Assembly: GCA_017651565.1 (NCBI GenBank)
Contig: JAGCCQ010000030.1
Span: 1 to 26,200 of the forward strand
DNA from: Bacilli bacterium
Lineage (GTDB): Bacteria; Bacillota_I; Bacilli_A; RFN20; CAG-826
Direction: 5' to 3'
DNA length: 26,200 bases
Shown here one piece after another: positions 17,812 to 24,812 of this stretch (positions are counted from its first letter, which is position 1; every line of letters begins with the position of its first letter). A program made the position numbers and the translations under genes. The notes under the pieces were generated by a model. It did not search any database. It saw only the letters and a program-made list of their open reading frames with translations, and was not told the DNA's origin.

Positions 17812-18633
17812 GTGAAAACTAAATTCTTTGGAATATTACCACTACTTTTGTGTACTCATGCTCTTATGGCGGCAGCTCCAAAAGAAGTTAAATCATCTAA
17901 CGAATATACTGATTTTACTGTAACTATAAAAGCTCTAGAAGAAGTAAACATTCCTGATTTTTTTGAGTTTACAATTTTTAATTATGGTAACGATTATTTA
18001 AGCAAAAAAGGTATTTCCCAAAACGGAATCGAAGAACAAAAAATTGTTCCAATTGAAAATATTGATTCTGTTCAAGATAACTTTTCTACCCTCATTAAGC
18101 CAAAAGAAACTTGCATCATTCAAAGCTACGTTGATCCAAAAGTATGGAAAATAGAAGAAGGGGAATTTAATGATTTTTATGGAACAAGTTATGAAATTAG
18201 AAATGATGTAGTTAATGTTTCAGGACCTTATGACGTTAAAATTACCGAAGAAGATGATTATAAAGTATTAGAAATTAAATGCGATATTGATGAGCTGCAA
18301 GAATTAGATACTCCTAAGATTGATTATTCTTATTTTTATGCAATCTCAATGACATACGATAGCGAGGAATTTTGTGTGGTTTCTGAACCTCAATCTGATT
18401 TAAATAAAATCATCACTAGATTCACTCCTAACCAAGAAATGGATCCTAGCAAACTCAAAATAAATAAAATAGATTCTTTTATATATGCTGATTACGTCAT
18501 GAACTGTACTGATCCATTTGCTATCATGATCTTCAAACTAATGTTGATACTTTTAGCAGGATTAGGAATCTCTGGAATTATATTCGGAACAGTGGCTATT
18601 CATCATGGAGATAAAAAGGTTTTGAAACAATAA
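17812..18633 (+). CDS. Uncharacterised type-I membrane protein, paralog A: signal peptide, Cys-containing ectodomain, C-terminal TM anchor.
   Basis: GTG start with GAGGGGAG 5 nt upstream. The signal peptide is MKTKFFGILPLLLCTHALMAAA. The C-terminal TM segment is FAIMIFKLMLILLAGLGISGIIFGTVAI followed by HHGDKK. The protein is homologous to the next gene. Confidence 0.65.
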   Translation: MKTKFFGILPLLLCTHALMAAAPKEVKSSNEYTDFTVTIKALEEVNIPDFFEFTIFNYGNDYLSKKGISQNGIEEQKIVPIENIDSVQDNFSTLIKPKETCIIQSYVDPKVWKIEEGEFNDFYGTSYEIRNDVVNVSGPYDVKITEEDDYKVLEIKCDIDELQELDTPKIDYSYFYAISMTYDSEEFCVVSEPQSDLNKIITRFTPNQEMDPSKLKINKIDSFIYADYVMNCTDPFAIMIFKLMLILLAGLGISGIIFGTVAIHHGDKKVLKQ

Positions 18634-18699
18634 GCCTAGGAAATTTAATATAGTTTTCTTCTTAGAACATTATTTAAAATTAATAAAAAGGGGGCCGAC

Positions 18700-19554
18700 A
18701 TGAAAAAAAGAATTTGTAAATTAAATTTATTATCATTAGTTTTGCTCGCGCCTTCTTTAATGGCTACAACTAGTCAAAGCGATGAATCTATTATCAATTA
18801 CACTGATTTCAATGTTTCAGTCAAAAATGTTGATGAAAACATTTATGAATTCACAATAAATAATTTTGGTGATGGTTACATACCAAAAGATACTTTTACA
18901 AGATATGACCAAAATCGTTCAGTTTCTCATTTTCAATATATCTCTGAAACTGAATATGATAGTAAATCTATCCAACTAATAAAGCCTAAAGAAATTTGCA
19001 CAATAAAGGTTCACCCTAAAGAAGATGAATCCTCAACTGCTCTTGAAGAAGGATACATAAATGGTTTTGAAACAAACGCATATTTCCCTAATGAAAGTAT
19101 AAGATATGCAACAGGGCCGTATACTGCTTCATTTTCAAGACATAGTGAATACAATACCTTGGATATTGATTGTGCCGTCAATGTAGTAAAACAAACTATT
19201 TACAAATATTCGTACTATTACGCAATTACATGGACGTACGAAGGCAAAGAATACTGTTCAATGTCTGAATCAGTATCAAAAATAAAATATACTATATCAA
19301 TACCTTTTGAATCCGAAACAATAATTAATCCTGACAATGTTATTGTTAGCAAAATCGATTCATTTATGTCTATAGACCACGGGGAAGAAAATTCAAAACC
19401 TCCTAGTGATGCTTCTTTCTCATCAATGATAATGGCAGTTATTTTGACTATTTCTATAATTGGAGGATTAATTCCATTAGTTATTTGCCTATTAATCGTT
19501 CTTATAGCCGTAACCACTAAAAAGAAAAAGAAACAAAATAATGCTATAAGCTAA
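18700..19554 (+). CDS. Uncharacterised type-I membrane protein, paralog B.
   Basis: About 30% identity to paralog A, with shared blocks YTDF-V, LIKPKE-C-I, GPY, YSY-YAI-TYE-E-C and KIDSF, and conserved Cys positions. It has a signal peptide and a C-terminal TM segment followed by KKKKKQ. The RBS is AAAAGGGGG. Confidence 0.65.
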   Translation: MKKRICKLNLLSLVLLAPSLMATTSQSDESIINYTDFNVSVKNVDENIYEFTINNFGDGYIPKDTFTRYDQNRSVSHFQYISETEYDSKSIQLIKPKEICTIKVHPKEDESSTALEEGYINGFETNAYFPNESIRYATGPYTASFSRHSEYNTLDIDCAVNVVKQTIYKYSYYYAITWTYEGKEYCSMSESVSKIKYTISIPFESETIINPDNVIVSKIDSFMSIDHGEENSKPPSDASFSSMIMAVILTISIIGGLIPLVICLLIVLIAVTTKKKKKQNNAIS

Positions 19555-19565
19555 GATATCCTAAA

Positions 19566-20747
19566 CTATTTAAGTTTTATTGGTCCATCCACTATATCGA
19601 CTTCTTCAATGTCTGGATGGACTTTTAATTTTGCAAAATATTCTTTATCCACTCTGAATCTAAAATCTTCAAAGTATCTATTTTTTATTAAAGCAATTGC
19701 ACAACCGCCAAAACCACCACCGGTCATTCTAGCGCCAATCGCAAAAGCATTCATAGATGCATCAACAATGGTGTCTAAATAATCTCCAGTCACTTCATAA
19801 TCTTCTTTTAATGACTTATGAGATTCACATAGTAATCTACCCATTTCTTCTACTTTGCCAGCAGTCATAGCAGCGCTGAATTGTTGCACACGTTCGTTTT
19901 CAGTAACTACGTGTCTAACACGCTTAAATAATATTGGATCGTTTAACAATTTTTCACACTCTGGCAATTGATATTCGTAAAGTTGACATAAGTTGTCTAT
20001 ATTAAACTTTTGCTTAAGAATTTCTAATGCTCTATTGCATTCATCGACTCTCTCGTTATATTTAGATTTCACAAGATTATGAGGAATATTTGTTTTAAGA
20101 ACGACAAATGAGTATGTACGTAAAGCCATATCTTTGTATTCATATTTAAACTTGCCACAATCAAGAAGTATTGCTTTATTTTTTTGGCCTAAAGCTATTG
20201 CAGCTTGATCCATAATTCCACACTTTAATCCGCAGAATTCATTTTCAGTTTTTTGAGCTAATTTAGCTATTGTTTCTAAATTGATTTCAAGCTTTAAAAC
20301 ATCGTTTGCAATAAAGAAGACTAAATCCAGCAATGAGGCAGAAGAGGATAATCCTGAACCAAGTGGAATATTTGAATCAATTAAGATATTCATTCCTTGA
20401 GTTATTTTGTATCCTTCTTGTTGAAGAATAGCAAAAACACCAAATACATAGTTTGACCAGGAATTTCTTTTCTTATATGAGATTGTTTCTAAATTTGCAC
20501 TGAACTTAGAATCAAAATTATTTGAATATGCGACTATCTTCTTATCTTTATTTAATGAGTAAAGACCAGTCATAAAATATGAAATAGCGCAAGGTAAAAC
20601 CTTGCCACCATTGTAATCAATATGTTCCCCAATAAGATTTATTCTTGCAGGAGTGCGATACGCACCAAGGCTATTACAACCAAAAATAGTCTTAAATTTA
20701 TTTTCGAGTTCAAGTAGTTTGATTTGAGAGGAATTTTGTGAATTCAT
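19566..20747 (-). CDS. galK: Galactokinase.
   Basis: The GalK signature RINLIGEHIDYNGG and the GHMP motif PLGSGLSSSASLL are present. Length is 393 aa. Confidence 0.9.
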   Translation of the reverse strand: MNSQNSSQIKLLELENKFKTIFGCNSLGAYRTPARINLIGEHIDYNGGKVLPCAISYFMTGLYSLNKDKKIVAYSNNFDSKFSANLETISYKKRNSWSNYVFGVFAILQQEGYKITQGMNILIDSNIPLGSGLSSSASLLDLVFFIANDVLKLEINLETIAKLAQKTENEFCGLKCGIMDQAAIALGQKNKAILLDCGKFKYEYKDMALRTYSFVVLKTNIPHNLVKSKYNERVDECNRALEILKQKFNIDNLCQLYEYQLPECEKLLNDPILFKRVRHVVTENERVQQFSAAMTAGKVEEMGRLLCESHKSLKEDYEVTGDYLDTIVDASMNAFAIGARMTGGGFGGCAIALIKNRYFEDFRFRVDKEYFAKLKVHPDIEEVDIVDGPIKLK

Positions 20748-20910
20748 ATCAATTTGATTCCATTTCTATTATAAGGTCTCATTTTTAATATGGGCATATT
20801 TATTAGTAATTTTAAAAAAATAACTAAAAATACTGCCTTATTTAATCATAGTTTTCTCTATCCATAATTCCTTACCTTTAATATACATTTTCAAAAAAAT
20901 TTAATCAAAG

Positions 20911-20940
20911 AAAAAAGGTTGGTAGCCCAACCATTTATTT
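20911..20940 (-). terminator. Rho-independent terminator ending the regulator-NUDIX-NTase operon, upstream of the galK promoter region.
   Basis: On the minus strand: stem GGTTGG, loop gcta, stem CCAACC, then TTTTTTC. It lies directly after the NTase stop. Confidence 0.65.
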
Positions 20941-20941
20941 T

Positions 20942-21841
20942 TTAATATAATCCTTCTTTATAAACACCTTTATTCACTAATTTCTTAAGTGCTTTTACAA
21001 CACCTGGTTTATCTTCTTTATAAGTGACTCCAAACCAAACTGAATCAGTATTTAAGATTTTCATTGTGGCCTCCCCTTTATTTACTAATTCATCCACCAC
21101 AGTAGGTATCAAGAATTCAGATTTAGGTACGTTGATATTCTCTTTTAACCATATAGGGAACATATCTACTAACTTTTGGATTAAATCTTTATTGAATGCG
21201 AATAAGTTCATAGATACAAGTGCATCTTCGCTTACTTCAAATTCTTTAGATCCATCAAGTGGAGCAGCGACAATCTTACTATTTATTCTTTCAATCTTTG
21301 ATTCAACTAATCTATCTAAGTTACCATTCTCATCTTGCAAGAGAACACCTCTTTTAACAGAACCATTTTCTGTCATTGTGTTACTTACTTTGAAAGCTAC
21401 ATTTGCGTACTTGCCTTCACTATTTTTAGGTAATGATTTTAGGTATTCTGCTGCTACTTTATAAGCATCATATCCGTAGAAGTCATCACCATTAATAATA
21501 ATAAAATCTTCTTTAATTAAATCTCTTGCAGCTAAAATGGCATGTGCAGTTCCCCAAGGTTTTTCTCTATCTTCTGGTACTTTGAATCCTTCAGGTAAAT
21601 CGTTTAAATCTTGGAAAGCATAGTCTACTTTAACTATCTTTTCTACTCTTTTGCCAATTGAGTCTCTAAACGCCTCATAGAAATCTTTCTTAATGATAAA
21701 TACTGTAGAATCAAATCCAGCTCTTTTTGCATCATATACTGAATAATCTAATAAGAAGTTTCCAGTATCATCCATTGGTTCCATTTGTTTGAGGCCACCA
21801 AAACGAGAGCCCATACCGGCCGCTAATATTACTAATTGCAT
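20942..21841 (-). CDS. Sugar-1-phosphate nucleotidyltransferase (NTP_transferase / RmlA-GalU-like fold).
   Basis: The N-terminal motif LAAGMGSRFGGLKQMEP matches the GxG(T/S)R...KQ...P signature. Length is 299 aa. AAGGAG lies 7 nt upstream. It is 17 nt downstream of the NUDIX gene. Confidence 0.75.
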   Translation of the reverse strand: MQLVILAAGMGSRFGGLKQMEPMDDTGNFLLDYSVYDAKRAGFDSTVFIIKKDFYEAFRDSIGKRVEKIVKVDYAFQDLNDLPEGFKVPEDREKPWGTAHAILAARDLIKEDFIIINGDDFYGYDAYKVAAEYLKSLPKNSEGKYANVAFKVSNTMTENGSVKRGVLLQDENGNLDRLVESKIERINSKIVAAPLDGSKEFEVSEDALVSMNLFAFNKDLIQKLVDMFPIWLKENINVPKSEFLIPTVVDELVNKGEATMKILNTDSVWFGVTYKEDKPGVVKALKKLVNKGVYKEGLY

Positions 21842-21858
21842 AAGTTTCTCCTTAAGTA

Positions 21859-22386
21859 CTAAATATTATACAAATATCTAGATAATAAAATAATTGTTTT
21901 TGAGTCTTTAATTGAATTATCTTTAATCATCTTTTTGAGTTCTTCTTTTTCTACAAAAACTAAATCAAGGTCTTCATCAAAATCAAAATGTGTTTGTGTT
22001 TTGACACAATTTTTTGCGACATAAAAATAAATTATTTCATTAGTGTAACCAACGCTAGGATACATGCATCCATAACTTTCTAAAGATTCTGCTTTATAGC
22101 CAGTTTCTTCTTCAAGTTCGCGCAAACCTGCTTGATATGGATTTTCACCCTTTTCTAGCTTGCCAGCAGGTAATTCCAATATTTCTTCATGATATGCATA
22201 TCTAAACTGCTTTACGAGGGCAATTTTGCCATCTATTTCCATGAGAAGACATACACCACCGTGATGACTAACGTATTCTCTTGTAGTTATAGCACCATTA
22301 GGACATAAAACTTTATCGTTATGAAGAGTTATTACCCTTCCTTTAAAAAGTATCTCTCCGGAGATTTTTTTCTCTTCTTTTTTCAT
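21859..22386 (-). CDS. NUDIX hydrolase (ADP-ribose/NDP-sugar pyrophosphatase-like).
   Basis: The Nudix box GKLEKGENPYQAGLRELEEETGY (Gx5Ex7REUxEExGU) is present. Length is 175 aa. Confidence 0.85.
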   Translation of the reverse strand: MKKEEKKISGEILFKGRVITLHNDKVLCPNGAITTREYVSHHGGVCLLMEIDGKIALVKQFRYAYHEEILELPAGKLEKGENPYQAGLRELEEETGYKAESLESYGCMYPSVGYTNEIIYFYVAKNCVKTQTHFDFDEDLDLVFVEKEELKKMIKDNSIKDSKTIILLSRYLYNI

Positions 22387-22413
22387 ATTTTTTCCATCTA
22401 TTTTAGTTTAATT

Positions 22414-22956
22414 CTAAAATTTCATTCCTTTTTGCTTACAAAGTTTCTTTAACGCATCTACATAACACTGTTTTGGTCTGATACGAATTGATGGATCTTC
22501 ACTTCTCCATGTTCTACATGTTTTTGGATTTACTTGAACATGTCTAGCAATATCGCTGTATGTCATTACTTGATTAGCTGGTAATTCATAAACAAGATAA
22601 TTAAACATCTTCATTAAATCTTCATAGGAAATATCTGATGGAGGGCTATTTTTATCATCGATAGTTTTTTCTCTATATTGATTGCGAGTCAAAGAAAGTT
22701 TTCCATCATCGCCTTCGAGAGGAATTTTTGCCATTGTAACAGTATCAGATGATTCGCCTCCTTCCTTATTATTCCCAGGGAAGGAAGGAGCTGAATTCGA
22801 CCTCTTAATATATTCATCAGCCACTATACATAAAGCCTCACTTTTTGTCAGTTCTAATCCTTTTTCAGCACTCATCAGCTTTCTTAATAATTCAAGCTTT
22901 TTCCATTCATCTTTTGACACTGTAATAGCTACTCTCAATTTTCCGTGTTTAATCAT
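22414..22956 (-). CDS. Putative transcriptional regulator with an N-terminal RHH-like region and a C-terminal HTH.
   Basis: The start was moved to ATG 22956 (MIKHGKLRVAITVSKDEWKKLELL...) with GAGGAAAA upstream. The longer ORF to 23100 runs through the promoter. The C-terminal MTYSDIARHVQVNPKTCRTW is HTH-like. It is the first gene of the operon with NUDIX and NTase. Confidence 0.55.
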   Translation of the reverse strand: MIKHGKLRVAITVSKDEWKKLELLRKLMSAEKGLELTKSEALCIVADEYIKRSNSAPSFPGNNKEGGESSDTVTMAKIPLEGDDGKLSLTRNQYREKTIDDKNSPPSDISYEDLMKMFNYLVYELPANQVMTYSDIARHVQVNPKTCRTWRSEDPSIRIRPKQCYVDALKKLCKQKGMKF

Positions 22957-22973
22957 ACTTTTCCTCGTCACAC

Positions 22974-23007
22974 TAGTGTTACACTTTCGTATCACTATTG
23001 TAACACC
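22974..23007. promoter_or_regulatory. Paired palindromic motifs AGTGTTACACT and TTGTAACACC immediately upstream of the regulator gene. They are a candidate autoregulatory operator.
   Basis: Two copies of GTGTTACAC / GTGTAACAC in inverted orientation lie 18-50 nt upstream of the start codon on the minus strand. Confidence 0.4.
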
Positions 23008-23247
23008 TATATCAATAATATAAAATAAAAAATAAATTTTTTTTATATACATTAGAAGATAAATGTTTTTTCTCATACAATTCAAAATCAAAATAAACAA
23101 AAATAAGATATAATCTAAAAAAATGTACTAAAACTCCCGATAAAAACCGTTTAAGATCTATACAATAAAAAACCTCACTTAATAATTGGAGAAGATAACT
23201 AAAAAATACTAAAAATAGTGCCTTCATTTATTAAGTAAATCGTATGT

Positions 23248-23310
23248 CTCCAACACTCCCTACTTCCCCACCTCCCGATGAGGAGGGAGGAGGGAGGTAG
23301 GGAGGGAAGG
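23248..23310. repeat. Polypyrimidine/polypurine mirror hairpin that can form a G-quadruplex.
   Basis: CTCCAACACTCCCTACTTCCCCACCTCCC, then gatg, then AGGAGGGAGGAGGGAGGTAGGGAGGGAAGG. The purine arm contains GGG-AGGA-GGG-AGGTA-GGG-A-GGG, which is four G3 tracts. The arms can pair across about 19 bp. It is about 60% GC in a roughly 20% GC context. Confidence 0.5.
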
Positions 23311-23390
23311 AATTAAGGAAAAACAAGTAAACAAAAAAATAAATTTTAGCCATAATTAAACATTGAAAATTTGCTAAAAATTATCGGAGT

Positions 23391-23466
23391 GGTAAGAATA
23401 ATAGATACTTTTGTCTGTTCAAAACCAAAAAGTTGGTGATGAATAATAGGATACTTTTGTCTGTTT
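23391..23466. repeat. Two direct repeats of about 30 bp, GGT(A/G)A..GAATAATAG(G)ATACTTTTGTCTGTT, with a 45-bp period.
   Basis: Copy 1 is at 23396-23419 and copy 2 at 23441-23465. They differ by a single G insertion. Both are preceded by GGTAA or GGTGAT. Confidence 0.45.
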
Positions 23467-23574
23467 TTGCTTATTTTTAGCTGTTTTAAGCGTGATTTAT
23501 TATATTTTTGAGCACTTATAGTAATTAATTTTTTTCGTGTCTCAGAAGGCCTTTTTTGTCGTTTTTACAAAAAA

Positions 23575-23589
23575 AGAACTTATAAAGTT
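23575..23589. promoter_or_regulatory. Palindrome GAACTT-ATA-AAGTTC.
   Basis: Perfect 6-bp arms are seen in the sequence. It lies in intergenic AT-rich DNA. Confidence 0.25.
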
Positions 23590-23760
23590 CCAATAAAGTG
23601 TTGGCTGCACTCTATTTACAAAGCTTTTTTAAAATCAAAAAAACAAAAATTTCCAAATTAAAAACTGCCATATAAATTCAAAAATAGCTAAAAATACCTA
23701 TATATTTGGTAGCAGTAGTGGTGGTAGTGGGGTTTAAGTATATAAAAAGCCAACTCGCAA

Positions 23761-23790
23761 AGAAAAAGAGCCCGCATTGGACTCTTTTTT
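23761..23790 (-). terminator. Rho-independent terminator of the minus-strand membrane protein gene.
   Basis: On the minus strand: stem AGAGTCC, loop aatgc, stem GGGCTCT with one G:U pair, then TTTTTCTTT. Confidence 0.6.
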
Positions 23791-23795
23791 AACTG

Positions 23796-24812
23796 TTAAG
23801 CTTTCTTTGGTTTTTGTTTAGAAGCTGAACTGATATCTTTTTTGATTTCTACAATCATTGCTTGTTCAGTCTCTTCAGAATCTTCTATTTCTACGCCATC
23901 CAAAATATCCTGCAATTTATATTCACGTTTTAAGTAATGAATCGTTTGAAAACCGATTATTGCAGTTAATGTTGCGTTAATCATTCCGTCAGTAACACTC
24001 CCAATTACAGTAGAAATAAATGGAATTTCCTTAGCGGCTCCTCCTATAAGTTTACCTATTCCACCTGCAATAGAAGAAGTGGCGCTTTGTACGCCATACG
24101 CAAGTAGTGCATTAGCAATTACAGTTTTGTATATTTTTAGCATCTGAGTATCGTTAGGTCTATAGCCATATAAAAAAACGATTTTTTTTATTAAATTAAT
24201 CTCAGTTACAGTAACAATTAAAGTATCAACTCGCTCAGATTGAGAAATCGAAGTAGTTAAACCAACTTGAAATGACATATCTCTGATCATTTTTCTTGAT
24301 GCTTTTTTGATATCGGTATTATAAATTTCGGTTAAAGCACTGCTTAAAGCTTTGCTATCTTTTTTTGCTCTTGCTGAAGCAATAGGAGCAATTTTTGCAT
24401 CAGAATACCATCCATTTCCTTTGGTTGAAACAGACAAGTCAATCATCTTATCTGCGATTTCTTCTCTTAAACGAGCGTTATGTCTTTGCGCTGCTCTAGC
24501 ATTCTCATGATTAACATTAGTTTGGAAATGCTTACTTGTTGAAATCCTAACAATAGGAATGACGTATAAAAAGATTATTATTAGTGCGCTTATACCGATG
24601 CCAATAAACCCAAATATTTCATTCCATTCAAAGAGTTTGCTAACAAACGAAAATAACATGCAAAAAATAATAATTCCGATTGCGGAAACAAGAAGAACAA
24701 AAAATAATTTTACTTCTTTTAAATTTCTTGGTTGAGTATATTTATCAATATACTCATCAAGCGATATTTTATTTTGTTCTTTTTTAGGTTCAATATTAGC
24801 CATAATAGTCAC
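23796..24812 (-). CDS. Hypothetical membrane protein, possibly DUF697/YcjF-like.
   Basis: A 338-aa protein with AAAGGTGA upstream of ATG. It has two N-terminal TM helices, a charged central region, and a Gly-rich amphipathic C-terminal region (SIAGGIGKLIGGAAKEIPFISTVIGSV). The family assignment is from memory only. Confidence 0.55.
   Translation of the reverse strand: MTIMANIEPKKEQNKISLDEYIDKYTQPRNLKEVKLFFVLLVSAIGIIIFCMLFSFVSKLFEWNEIFGFIGIGISALIIIFLYVIPIVRISTSKHFQTNVNHENARAAQRHNARLREEIADKMIDLSVSTKGNGWYSDAKIAPIASARAKKDSKALSSALTEIYNTDIKKASRKMIRDMSFQVGLTTSISQSERVDTLIVTVTEINLIKKIVFLYGYRPNDTQMLKIYKTVIANALLAYGVQSATSSIAGGIGKLIGGAAKEIPFISTVIGSVTDGMINATLTAIIGFQTIHYLKREYKLQDILDGVEIEDSEETEQAMIVEIKKDISSASKQKPKKA

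Noticed and set aside
20942-21841. A CD-NTase (CBASS) interpretation of the nucleotidyltransferase next to a Nudix gene.
   Set aside because: The motif GxGSRF...KQ is the sugar-1-phosphate NTP-transferase signature, not the pol-beta GS...DxD of cGAS/DncV-like enzymes.
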